DNA from: an uncultured virus (IMG/VR IMGVR_UViG_3300031227_008032)
Taxonomy: Duplodnaviria > Heunggongvirae > Uroviricota > Caudoviricetes
Length of the DNA stretch: 20,000 nt
IMG/VR virus record: IMGVR_UViG_3300031227_008032
Direction: 5' to 3' (one strand)
The translations under genes and the position numbers were made by a program. Positions 1 to 9,427 of the stretch are shown one piece after another. The notes below the pieces were generated by a model, which saw nothing but the letters and a program-made list of their open reading frames with translations, was not told the DNA's origin and searched no databases. Within the stretch, counting starts at the first letter, position 1. Each line of letters starts with the position of its first letter.

Positions 1-1
1 A

Positions 2-253
2 TACACACAATGTTATGCTGGACACTTTACTCCTGTAATAGATTATAACGGAAACGTAAGAGTATGTAACTACCATATGAAAGAAGATGAATATATTATA
101 GGAAACTTGAAAAATAATTCATTTTCTTCTATAATAAATAGTATACCACTAAGCCTACCTGTAAATAATACATGTCTAACATGTTGTAAGAATCATGAAA
201 TAAATAAAACACTTAATGCTATAAGAGAAATAAAACACCCAGAGTTTATATAA
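2..253 (+). CDS. 3' end of a radical SAM protein with SPASM/Twitch domain (truncated by window start)
   Basis: Frame +2 is open from the edge: YTQCYAGHFTPVIDYNGNVRVCNYHMKEDEYIIGNLKNNSFSSII...TCLTCCKNHEIN...HPEFI*. The C..G....D..G.V..C....IGNL...SF..I pattern is typical of SPASM/Twitch domains. The TAA stop at 251-253 overlaps the next ATG. Not in the ORF track. Confidence 0.75.
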   Translation, partial: YTQCYAGHFTPVIDYNGNVRVCNYHMKEDEYIIGNLKNNSFSSIINSIPLSLPVNNTCLTCCKNHEINKTLNAIREIKHPEFI

Positions 254-1182
254 TGAAAAAACTAAAAATGTATTTATATCCAAATAGAAAACCTGTTTGC
301 TGTGACTTATCTCCACTACCAGGTTATAAAAACTGCACACCTTTTAGTCAAAAAGGTATGGAAGATTGGGTAGAATCTGTATCTCCATGGAATGCTGAGT
401 TCTTCTATATGGGAGAAATCAATCCAAGCATGCCTACAATAGAACAAAAAAATTGGGAATTTTGGAATGAATATAAACGTTTTCATATAGCAGATTTAGA
501 AGGAGATTATAATAACACAACAATACGTGAAGACCTTAAAGACTCTATAGTAACTTCAAGTTGTATACCAATACACTGGAAAAATAGATACGCAATGGGA
601 CGACCTGCGCTTTCAAAGTTTTTAGTATACATAGTAAGACATATGCATGAAGAGTTTAGTATACCTAATAGTATATCCTTTGGATTTAAAGGAGAGATGG
701 ATGTAAAAGGAAATACAAGAGTAAAAACATATAAAGCATTACGACTCGCAAAACTGCAAGCAAACTATCAATTTAATCCTGGATGGTCTGGTAGAGTAAA
801 TGTAGATCAAGCTATATGTAAACAATATCAAGATGTAATGATAAACAATCTAATAGCAGTATGCCCACAAGGTGCTGGAATAGGAACAATAAGAAGATTT
901 GAAGCATGCTACTTTACACGAGTTCCAGTTATAATAGGAGAATGTTTATACACAGGATATGACTACTATGATACATCATTTGCCTATCAACTACCAAGCA
1001 CATTAACACAAACTGAATTAGCAAATGAACTTACTAAAATAGCAGAAACCCCTATAAGCGAATTACAGGACAGAGCTAAAGCAGCAAGAGTTTATTTTGA
1101 TACAGTAGTAAGAAATTATTTTAAAGACCCAACTCTATTTTTCTTAAATTATCTGGAGAGACACAACTTATGGAATCCTTAA
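253..1182 (+). CDS. Exostosin-like (GT47-type) glycosyltransferase
   Basis: 309 aa. C-terminal VCPQGAGIGTIRRFEACYFTRVPVIIGE matches the exostosin signature (CP.G.g..t.R.fEa....vPVii). No N-terminal membrane anchor. Confidence 0.7.
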   Translation: MKKLKMYLYPNRKPVCCDLSPLPGYKNCTPFSQKGMEDWVESVSPWNAEFFYMGEINPSMPTIEQKNWEFWNEYKRFHIADLEGDYNNTTIREDLKDSIVTSSCIPIHWKNRYAMGRPALSKFLVYIVRHMHEEFSIPNSISFGFKGEMDVKGNTRVKTYKALRLAKLQANYQFNPGWSGRVNVDQAICKQYQDVMINNLIAVCPQGAGIGTIRRFEACYFTRVPVIIGECLYTGYDYYDTSFAYQLPSTLTQTELANELTKIAETPISELQDRAKAARVYFDTVVRNYFKDPTLFFLNYLERHNLWNP

Positions 1183-2342
1183 ACCTAGACTGGCCGTTAA
1201 TGTCAAATAATATATCTAAAGATGATTTAGATAATCTAATAGAGTATCTAAAGCAAGATGATCCACGACTAACTAATGGCCCAAAAGTAGAAGAGTTTGA
1301 AGAACAATGGTCGCAATGGCTAGGATGTAAGTACAGTATATTTGTAAACTCTGGATCCTCAGCTAATATTATCTCTATGGCTATTCTAAAAGAACTATAT
1401 CCAGAAGGAGGAGAAATAATTATTCCACCTCTAACATGGGTATCAGATATTACATCAGTAATATTTGCTGGATTTACTCCAGTATTTGTAGACATTAATG
1501 TAAATACATTAGGCTTAGATACAGATAAAGTTCTACAAGCAATAACTTCTAAAACAAAAGCAGTGTTTATCTCTCATATAATGGGATACAATGCGCTTAC
1601 AAACAAACTATTACATAAACTACAAAAAAGAAATATAAAGCTAATAGAAGATGTTTGTGAAAGCACTGGAGCTACATTTAGAAACCAAAAACTCGGAACA
1701 TTTGGAGAAATATCTAACTTTTCTTTCTACTTTGCTCATCATATGTCTACAATAGAAGGAGGAATGATCTGTACAAACAAAAAACAGATATATGAAATGG
1801 CAAGAGTATTTAGATCACATGGACTAATAAGAGAAAGCTTACACAAGCCTTGGAGAGATGAAATATCTGTAACCTATTCAGATCTAACACCAGACTTTAC
1901 CTTTATGTATCCAGCATATAATATGAGAAGTACAGAGCTTAACGCAGTACTTGGATTATCTCAATTAGAGCATTTAGATATTAAAATAACCACAAGACAG
2001 CAAAACCTAAAGTTGTTTCTTAAGAACCTAAACCCAGAACACTACAAAACAGACTTCAGAGTAGAGGGTAGCTCAAACTATGCGCTTACAATCGTACCAA
2101 GGAACTCAGACCTTACACCAAAAATAGAAAAAGTTTTACAAGAAAGTAAAATAGAATACCGTAGGGGATTATCTGGTGGTGGAAACCAGCTAAGACAGCC
2201 TTATCTAAAAAGGCTTTGCTTACGTCCAGAACAGTTTGAAGTAACAGATTACCTACACTTCAATAGTTTTTACATAGGTAACTATCCAACACTAAATCAA
2301 TACAAAATAGTAGAATTATGTAAGAGATTAAATATATTATAA
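1170..2342 (+). CDS. colD: DegT/DnrJ/EryC1/StrS-family PLP enzyme, ColD-type NDP-4-keto-6-deoxysugar 3-dehydratase
   Basis: 390 aa with FVNSGSSAN, IEDVCES and SFYFAHHMSTIEGG. His occupies the position of the Schiff-base Lys, as in ColD and E1/RfbH. Short length and no obvious E1-type Fe-S Cys cluster favour the ColD type. Confidence 0.8.
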   Translation: MESLNLDWPLMSNNISKDDLDNLIEYLKQDDPRLTNGPKVEEFEEQWSQWLGCKYSIFVNSGSSANIISMAILKELYPEGGEIIIPPLTWVSDITSVIFAGFTPVFVDINVNTLGLDTDKVLQAITSKTKAVFISHIMGYNALTNKLLHKLQKRNIKLIEDVCESTGATFRNQKLGTFGEISNFSFYFAHHMSTIEGGMICTNKKQIYEMARVFRSHGLIRESLHKPWRDEISVTYSDLTPDFTFMYPAYNMRSTELNAVLGLSQLEHLDIKITTRQQNLKLFLKNLNPEHYKTDFRVEGSSNYALTIVPRNSDLTPKIEKVLQESKIEYRRGLSGGGNQLRQPYLKRLCLRPEQFEVTDYLHFNSFYIGNYPTLNQYKIVELCKRLNIL

Positions 2343-3334
2343 TGGTTATAACAAAGACACCATATCGAATAAGCCTTTTTGGTGGAGGATCCGACTACCC
2401 AAACTGGTACCTAAAACATGGTGGTGGGGTAATAACAACAAGTATAGATAAGTTTTGTTATATGTCCTGTAGAGAACTGCCTCCATTTTTTGAACACAAC
2501 TACAGAGTAGTATATTCAAAAATAGAAGCATGTAATTTAATAAATGAAATAGAACATCCGGCTGTTCGTGGAGTACTAAACTCAGTAGATAATCTACCAA
2601 CAATGGGATTAGAAATACATTATGACGGAGATCTACCAGCAAAAAGTGGTATGGGATCAAGTTCTGCTTTTACTGTAGGGTTATTGTTAGCACTTAATGG
2701 ATTAAATGGAAGAATGTTAACAAAACGACAACTCGCAGAAGAAGCAATATACATAGAACAAAAAGTATTAAATGAAACTGTAGGCAGTCAAGACCAAATA
2801 CAAGCAGCTTATGGCGGATTCAATCACATAGAATTTAATCGTAATGGAGAGTTCTTTGTAGAGCCAATAATGCTTCCACAACATACAATAAATGAATTAG
2901 ATAACCATCTAATGTTATTCTATACAGGAATAGAACGAATAGCAGCAACAGTGGCAAGTACATTTGTACCAAACATAGACCAAAAGCGAGAAAGTGTAAG
3001 AATTATACAACATCTTGCTGATGAAGCCTTGACATGTTTAGCAAAAGATGATATATTAGAGATAGGAATACTGTTAGATGAATATTGGAAACTGAAACGA
3101 AACCTATCAAGTAAAGTAACTAATACAAAAATCAATAATATATATGAACGAGCAAAAACCGCAGGAGCACTCGGAGGTAAACTTAACGGAGCAGGAGCAG
3201 GCGGAACTCTATTATTATTTGCTCCACCAGATAACCAAGAAGACATAAAAAAAGAACTTAGTGACCTAACACATATTCCATTTACTTTCCACAGCAGAGG
3301 ATCAGAAGTAGTATATTACTCAAGAGCACAATAA
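2342..3334 (+). CDS. hddA: GHMP-family sugar-phosphate kinase, D-glycero-D-manno-heptose-7-phosphate 1-kinase (HddA)-like
   Basis: 330 aa with PYRISLFGGGSDYP, GHMP loop LPAKSGMGSSSAF, GSQDQ and GGKLNGAGAGG. Confidence 0.85.
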   Translation: MVITKTPYRISLFGGGSDYPNWYLKHGGGVITTSIDKFCYMSCRELPPFFEHNYRVVYSKIEACNLINEIEHPAVRGVLNSVDNLPTMGLEIHYDGDLPAKSGMGSSSAFTVGLLLALNGLNGRMLTKRQLAEEAIYIEQKVLNETVGSQDQIQAAYGGFNHIEFNRNGEFFVEPIMLPQHTINELDNHLMLFYTGIERIAATVASTFVPNIDQKRESVRIIQHLADEALTCLAKDDILEIGILLDEYWKLKRNLSSKVTNTKINNIYERAKTAGALGGKLNGAGAGGTLLLFAPPDNQEDIKKELSDLTHIPFTFHSRGSEVVYYSRAQ

Positions 3335-3337
3335 TTT

Positions 3338-4480
3338 ATGATAACAGCAGATACAACAAAACGAAATAGTATATTTACAAACAAGGAACTGGAACACCTA
3401 TACACATTTAAAGACTTTCCAGTATATATGGGATGTACAACTAGTCCACAAGACCAAGATCTATGTGCAGATATGTCCTTTGGTATCTGTAAAGATACTG
3501 GAACCATTCAATTAGAAAACCTTGTTGATCCTACCTTAGTTTATTTAGAACACCACAATGATGGAATAGGAAAAGCATGGTCTACACTTAACAAGTCTAT
3601 AGAAGATACACTAAAGAAGTATAACTCAACCAACATCTTAGAACTTGGAGGAGGAGAAGGGCACCTTGCTAACTACTATACACAGCATAACCAAGGTGCT
3701 TCCTGGACAATAGTAGACCGCAACCATGTTAAAGAATCAACTAAAGCCATAAAACGAGTAACTGCTGTCTTTGAAGATATGCCAATCTGTACACAGCCTT
3801 TGGATACAATTGTACACAGTAACTTCTTAGAGCATACAATAAATCCATTAAACACGCTTAAACAAATATACAAACAATTACCAGAAGATGGCTATCATAT
3901 TTTCGCAATACCTGATATGGAAAACCAACTTATAACAGGTACAACTAATTGTTTAAATTTTGAACATACATTACTACTAACACGAAGCAATGTAATACAT
4001 ATGTTAAATTTATGTGGGTTTACTATAATAGAAAGATGTAGCAATAACCCATTATCTGATATATATGTAACAAAGAAATCAAAACGTCCAATGCATATAC
4101 GTAACCTAAATGACTATGAATACAACAAAACATTGTTTACAAACTACATACACTTAAATACAGAAAGAGTAACAAACATAAACAAGCAAATGCTTGAGCT
4201 TGACTGCCCAATATATTTCTTTGGAGCACATATTTTCTACACCATACTAAGATCATTTGGATTGAATGAAAGTAAAATAGCAGGAATCGTAGATAATTCA
4301 GAACTAAAGAATAACAAAAGACTATATGGCACAAAATTCTTATCTCAATATCCAAACGATATACTATGGAACAAAACAGCAGTAATACTAAACGTAGCAC
4401 AGTACCGTAATGAAATAGTAGAACAATTAAAACTAATCAATAACGAGTTGGTAATTTTAGATGGCAACAATATCAAATAG
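3338..4480 (+). CDS. Class I SAM methyltransferase with NDP-sugar C-methyltransferase architecture
   Basis: 380 aa. Motif I ILELGGGEG, HSNFLEH, NFEH, N-terminal ICKDTGTIQL, and a C-terminal FFGAH...IVDNSELKNNKRLYGT domain typical of C-methyltransferase C-termini. Confidence 0.75.
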   Translation: MITADTTKRNSIFTNKELEHLYTFKDFPVYMGCTTSPQDQDLCADMSFGICKDTGTIQLENLVDPTLVYLEHHNDGIGKAWSTLNKSIEDTLKKYNSTNILELGGGEGHLANYYTQHNQGASWTIVDRNHVKESTKAIKRVTAVFEDMPICTQPLDTIVHSNFLEHTINPLNTLKQIYKQLPEDGYHIFAIPDMENQLITGTTNCLNFEHTLLLTRSNVIHMLNLCGFTIIERCSNNPLSDIYVTKKSKRPMHIRNLNDYEYNKTLFTNYIHLNTERVTNINKQMLELDCPIYFFGAHIFYTILRSFGLNESKIAGIVDNSELKNNKRLYGTKFLSQYPNDILWNKTAVILNVAQYRNEIVEQLKLINNELVILDGNNIK

Positions 4481-5660
4481 ATCAAAAAAACTAACTGGAC
4501 AACCTATGTTTGACCTAATGAAAAAAGCCAACAACATCATTAGCCCAGACAAAGAGATAATACATATGGAAATAGGAGATACTAAACATAGTCCTCCTAA
4601 CGATGCCATATTAGATACAGTAGCATCTCTGGCATTAGGAAATATTGGATATGCTGATTCACAAGGGCTTGAAGAGCTAAGAAAAGAAATATCTGAATAC
4701 ATATGTAATACACATGGATTTAGACCACAAACTGATTGTATAATAGTTGCTCCAGCAAACGCACTAATAAGTTTTGTTATGCAATGTTGTTTAGATAAAG
4801 GAGATGGAGTAATATGTCCAGATCCAGGATTTCCTACATACACAGCAGCAGCTAACTACACAGAAACAAACATACAATACGCACCATTAAACATAAAAAA
4901 CGATTATACGCTAACTAAAGACATAGTAAACATAGCAAAAGATAATACATCCAAACTGCTAATAATAAATAGTCCAAGCAATCCAACAGGAACTACACTT
5001 TCTAAAGATACACTACATGATCTTTATAAAACTGCGAAAGAAAATGATATGTGGATTCTAAGCGATGAAGTATATTCAGAAATAGTATATGATGGTGCTA
5101 CACATCAATCTGTATGTAACATAGATAAATGTGAAAAAAGAACAATACTACTTGGAAGTTTATCTAAAACACATTGTATGCCTGGTTGGAGAATGGGATA
5201 CGTAGTTGCTCCGCTTCTTGTAGCAATGCGAATCGCCGCACTTGTACAAACATTACTATCTTGTATGCCAATCTTTACACAACACGGAGCAATAGGAGCT
5301 TTAAAGGATACAGAGTTTCCAAAAGAACTAAGAAACGAGCTACAAGAAAAAAGAGACATAGTAGTGGAAGCACTAAACAATATGCCTGGAATAGACTGTC
5401 CAATGCCTGGTGGAGCATTCTATGTATTCCCTTCAATAGAAGATACAAAAAAGGATGGAATAGATTTCCAAAACTGGACACTCGATACCCTGGGAGTTGT
5501 AACACTATCTGGTAGTTACTTCGGACCAAACAGTACAAATAATATACGAATAAGTTACGCATCCTGCTCAATTGATCAACTATATGAAGCAATGAGTAGG
5601 CTAAACGATGGATTATCTGGGAGGATAAAAAGCTTTGACAGTTTCAGAATACATCTCTAA
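4461..5660 (+). CDS. PLP-dependent aminotransferase class I/II (AspC-like)
   Basis: 399 aa with INSPSNPTG, ILSDEVY, SLSKTHCMPGWRMGY (PLP lysine), PGGAFYVF and IRISYA. Confidence 0.9.
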   Translation: MATISNRSKKLTGQPMFDLMKKANNIISPDKEIIHMEIGDTKHSPPNDAILDTVASLALGNIGYADSQGLEELRKEISEYICNTHGFRPQTDCIIVAPANALISFVMQCCLDKGDGVICPDPGFPTYTAAANYTETNIQYAPLNIKNDYTLTKDIVNIAKDNTSKLLIINSPSNPTGTTLSKDTLHDLYKTAKENDMWILSDEVYSEIVYDGATHQSVCNIDKCEKRTILLGSLSKTHCMPGWRMGYVVAPLLVAMRIAALVQTLLSCMPIFTQHGAIGALKDTEFPKELRNELQEKRDIVVEALNNMPGIDCPMPGGAFYVFPSIEDTKKDGIDFQNWTLDTLGVVTLSGSYFGPNSTNNIRISYASCSIDQLYEAMSRLNDGLSGRIKSFDSFRIHL

Positions 5661-7452
5661 ATATCTAAAACAAATAGGAATAGAAGATGTTTTTATGATT
5701 GATGGTTCCGCATGTGCTAAGTTATTAGTTGATATAGCAAATGAATATGGACCGGATCATTGTTACTATCCACTACACGAACAAGCAGGAGCATTCGCAG
5801 TAGATGGTTACTATAAAACAAAAAGAAAAATGGCTGCAATGGTTGTTACATCAGGACCCGCTGGACAAAATCTTCTTAATGGGCTAGCAGCATCTTACTA
5901 TGATTCAATACCAGCAATATATTTTACTGGAAACGTAAACTCAAGATTCCAATGTCAAGATTTAGCTATGAGACAAAGGGGATTCCAAGAATGTGATATT
6001 GTTTCGATAGTTAAACCTGTTACCAAGTATGCTGTTATGATTACAGACCCAGAAACAATAAAAGCAGAACTAGATAAAGCAATATATTTAGCTACAAACG
6101 GACGACAAGGGCCTGTACTATTAGATATTCCAATGGATATCCAAAGAGCAGAGATAGACCCAAATACACTAAAAGGCTTTACACCTCCAATAAAAGAAGA
6201 TAAATCAATAGATAGAGAAATAAACAGAATAATATCTCTATTAGAAGAATCAGAACGTCCTGCTATATTATTTGGTGGTGGGATATGGTTATCAAATGCT
6301 TACAAAGAAGCAAGAACATTAATTGAAAACACAGGTATACCTTACTTTGTAACATGGAATGCTATAGACTTCGGAACACATGATGACATTTACTTTGGAG
6401 GACGAGTAGGCACATTTGGCGGAGATGGAAGAAACTTTGGAATACAAAACTGTGACCTTCTTCTATGTATAGGATCACGAATACCAGGACGAATTACAGG
6501 AGGAAAGACAGATGCCTTTGCTCGTGAAGCAACTAAGATAGTAGTAGACATAGATCAAGCGCTATTAGATAATCAAGATATACACTCAGATCTAAATATA
6601 AAATGTGACGCGAAAAGATTTATAAAGTTATTACTATATGAAATAAATCACAGACAAGCACTACGTAGCACAGCCTTTATAAACAATATAGAAGACTGGA
6701 GATACCGAGTTTGTAATTGGAGAATAAACTATCCAGTAGTACAAAATGAATACTATGATCAAAAAGAAAGTGTAAATCCATATGTATTTGTAAAAACACT
6801 ATCTAATATAGTAGAAGATGCTACAATAGTAGTAGAAGCTGGAGGTAACTGTGTTGTATCATCACAAGCCTGGGAAACAAAACCAAACCAAAGATTCTTT
6901 TCTAATAATGGAAACTCTTCACTTGGATATGGTCTTCCAGCAGCAGTAGGAGCAGCAATAGCAGACCCAAGTAAGCCAGTTATATGTATAGTAGGAGATG
7001 GCGGTATAAACTTTAACATACAGGAACTACAAACAATAGTAAATTATAACCTTCCTATTAAAATAATGATATTCAACAATGGCGGATATGGTATAACAAA
7101 GTTATACAGAGATACACACCTAAACTCTAACTATGCTGGAGTAGATGCTAATCATGGGGTTAAACTACCTAATCTTATTTCACTGGCTTTTGCTTATGGA
7201 ATAGAAGGATTAAAAATAAACAATCAAGACAACTTAGAAAGAGATATAAAAAGCGCATTAAATACACGAGGACCTATACTGTGTGACATAAACATGAAGG
7301 ACTTCTATGATTATAAGCCCCGACTTGGATGGGATAGCCCAATAGAGGATCAATATCCTTTCTTACCAAGAGATGAATTCAAAGCAAATATGATTATAAA
7401 ACCTCTTGATGGTTGGGAAGATCCAGTCTATCCAGGAAGGATAGGTAAATAA
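5635..7452 (+). CDS. Thiamine diphosphate-dependent acetolactate synthase-like enzyme (YerE-like sugar-branching carboligase candidate)
   Basis: 605 aa, TTG start after GGGAGG (5619-5624). Catalytic Glu in LHEQAGAFA, TSGPAGQN, GPVLLDIP, and ThDP motif GDGG...IFNNGGYG. Sits among sugar genes with no ilvH/ilvC neighbours. Confidence 0.85.
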   Translation: MTVSEYISKYLKQIGIEDVFMIDGSACAKLLVDIANEYGPDHCYYPLHEQAGAFAVDGYYKTKRKMAAMVVTSGPAGQNLLNGLAASYYDSIPAIYFTGNVNSRFQCQDLAMRQRGFQECDIVSIVKPVTKYAVMITDPETIKAELDKAIYLATNGRQGPVLLDIPMDIQRAEIDPNTLKGFTPPIKEDKSIDREINRIISLLEESERPAILFGGGIWLSNAYKEARTLIENTGIPYFVTWNAIDFGTHDDIYFGGRVGTFGGDGRNFGIQNCDLLLCIGSRIPGRITGGKTDAFAREATKIVVDIDQALLDNQDIHSDLNIKCDAKRFIKLLLYEINHRQALRSTAFINNIEDWRYRVCNWRINYPVVQNEYYDQKESVNPYVFVKTLSNIVEDATIVVEAGGNCVVSSQAWETKPNQRFFSNNGNSSLGYGLPAAVGAAIADPSKPVICIVGDGGINFNIQELQTIVNYNLPIKIMIFNNGGYGITKLYRDTHLNSNYAGVDANHGVKLPNLISLAFAYGIEGLKINNQDNLERDIKSALNTRGPILCDINMKDFYDYKPRLGWDSPIEDQYPFLPRDEFKANMIIKPLDGWEDPVYPGRIGK

Positions 7453-7454
7453 CT

Positions 7455-8447
7455 ATGAGGAACAAGCCACACATTTTATTTGTAACAGAAAAATGGTGTG
7501 ATACAAATCCAGATATGGGACTATCAAATAACTACCATACACTCTTTAACACACTAAGATCAACAGATCTTGCTAGTTTTGATAACTTTTACTATGATGA
7601 ATGTGTATTAATCAAAAAGTATGATTGTGATAAAGCGCTACTAAAAACATGTGAAGAATTAAAACCAGATCTTATTATATTTACACAAATACCAGGCAAT
7701 CCACTCAACCCAAAGCCAATAACATTTGAACTAATAGAAGCAAAACTAAAAATACCAACAGTAGCGATATGGTTTGATTCTGTAAAAGGAGCAGGATCTG
7801 ATGTAGCACAACATAACGCCTTTTTAGCACACATATTAATAGCAGGAAAACTACATTATGAAAGATACAAAAATCCAATTGTGACATGGGGAGTAGAGGA
7901 TCCATCAATATTTAACAGCAAACTAGAAGACTATCCACCCAAAGACATAGACATAAGTTACATAGGTAGTCTTGGGCATAAACCAATAGGAAGATCACAT
8001 CTGGCTTCTCTAAAATACGCAGGCATAGCTGTTATAACAGATGGAGGAACACGAGAACGACCAATACACTTAGAAACATATGCAGACTATTTAAAGAGAT
8101 CTAAAATCTCTCTTAACTTTCCAAAAGATTCCCCCATGGTTCCAGACCAACTAAAAGGAAGAACCTTTGAAATTGTATTATGTGAAGCAATGCTATTAGA
8201 ACCAGAAAATGATGAAACAAAATTATGGCTAACTCCTTACATAGACTACATACCATACTCTTCAAAGAAAGACTTAATAGAAAAAGCAAAGTATTACATA
8301 GCACACAAAAGTGAGAGAAGGACAATTGCAAGAAGTGGATGCTTCAAAGCAACACAACAGTATAACGCACATGCCTGGTGGAACAAGGTACTATCTGAAA
8401 TACAAGATGTATATCCAGAACTACCTTATCAAAGGAGTAACATCTAA
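7455..8447 (+). CDS. Glycosyltransferase, CgeB/Glyco_trans_1_2-like (GT-B), paralogue of 11469..12551
   Basis: 330 aa with DIDISYIGS, SKISLNF, KGRTFEIVLCEAMLL and YY..H..ER..IA..G, typical of CgeB-type GT C-termini. Confidence 0.75.
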   Translation: MRNKPHILFVTEKWCDTNPDMGLSNNYHTLFNTLRSTDLASFDNFYYDECVLIKKYDCDKALLKTCEELKPDLIIFTQIPGNPLNPKPITFELIEAKLKIPTVAIWFDSVKGAGSDVAQHNAFLAHILIAGKLHYERYKNPIVTWGVEDPSIFNSKLEDYPPKDIDISYIGSLGHKPIGRSHLASLKYAGIAVITDGGTRERPIHLETYADYLKRSKISLNFPKDSPMVPDQLKGRTFEIVLCEAMLLEPENDETKLWLTPYIDYIPYSSKKDLIEKAKYYIAHKSERRTIARSGCFKATQQYNAHAWWNKVLSEIQDVYPELPYQRSNI

Positions 8448-9427
8448 TGCCATTCTTTAAAGACAAAACAGTAGTAGTAGCTGGTGGTTCTGGACTTGCT
8501 GGAACAGCTATAGTAAGAGCATTACACGCAGCAGGAGCACAAGTAAAAGCAACTTACCATAACAGACCAATACCAGAAGTATTAGATGGTGTAGTATACC
8601 ATCAGTGTGATCTTACAAATTTAGACCAATGTAAAGACGTAGTAAAAGATTGGCAATATGTTGTAGACGCAGCAGCAGTTGTAGGTAATGCTAAAATTAC
8701 AGTAGATAATGTACTTAGTTTAGTTAACCCAAACATACGAATGGGTATAAATATGTTAGAGGCTTCTTACAACGCAGGAGTAGAAAAATTTCTATACTTT
8801 GGTAGCTCAACCGCTTATCCAGACGTAGACCATCCAGTTAGAGAAGAAGAGATGTTTTCTGGAGATCCATATGACAAATATTTTGAAATGGGTTGGTATA
8901 AGCGTTATATAGAAAAACAATGCGAAACCTACTCAAGGCTTCCACGGCCAATGACTACAATGGTATTACGACTAGCAAATCTGTATGGACCAAACGACGA
9001 TTTTAATTTAGATACCTGCCATGCACTTCCAGCACTGCTGAGAAAAATAGTAGAACACCAAGATCCTCTACAGATATGGGGAGATGGTAAAGAAATAAGA
9101 GACTTTACTTATGTAGATGATGTTGCAGATGCTACACTATTAGCTTTAGAAAAAATAAATACCTTTGAACAAATAAATATAGGACAAGGGCAAGGCGTAT
9201 CTATAAACGAGTTCATAGACATTCTTCTTAAACTAGAAAACTTTAATCCATACAAATGCTATGATACAGCACAACCAACAATGATACCAAAGAGATTAAT
9301 AAATAATACCAAAGCAAAAGAACTGTTAGGGTTTACTCCAAAGATACAAATAGAAGAAGGCTTAGATCTAACCTTGACATGGTTTAAACAAAACAAAGAC
9401 AGGCTTAGAAAAGAAGGAAGAATCTAA
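8447..9427 (+). CDS. NAD(P)-dependent NDP-sugar epimerase/reductase, GDP-L-fucose synthase (Fcl/WcaG/ColC)-like with atypical active site
   Basis: 326 aa with GGSGLAG, AAAVVG, NLYGPNDDFN...CHALPALLRK and IWGDGKEIRDFTYVDD. SD AGGAG at 8433-8437. Confidence 0.8.
   Translation: MPFFKDKTVVVAGGSGLAGTAIVRALHAAGAQVKATYHNRPIPEVLDGVVYHQCDLTNLDQCKDVVKDWQYVVDAAAVVGNAKITVDNVLSLVNPNIRMGINMLEASYNAGVEKFLYFGSSTAYPDVDHPVREEEMFSGDPYDKYFEMGWYKRYIEKQCETYSRLPRPMTTMVLRLANLYGPNDDFNLDTCHALPALLRKIVEHQDPLQIWGDGKEIRDFTYVDDVADATLLALEKINTFEQINIGQGQGVSINEFIDILLKLENFNPYKCYDTAQPTMIPKRLINNTKAKELLGFTPKIQIEEGLDLTLTWFKQNKDRLRKEGRI

Noticed and set aside
1170..2342. Ordinary sugar aminotransferase (perosamine synthase type)
   Set aside because: The catalytic Lys position is His (FAHHMST), which indicates the dehydratase subgroup.
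5635..7452. Housekeeping acetolactate synthase (ilvB/ilvI)
   Set aside because: There is no regulatory subunit or other ilv/leu gene nearby, and the context is nucleotide-sugar biosynthesis, so the symbol was withheld.
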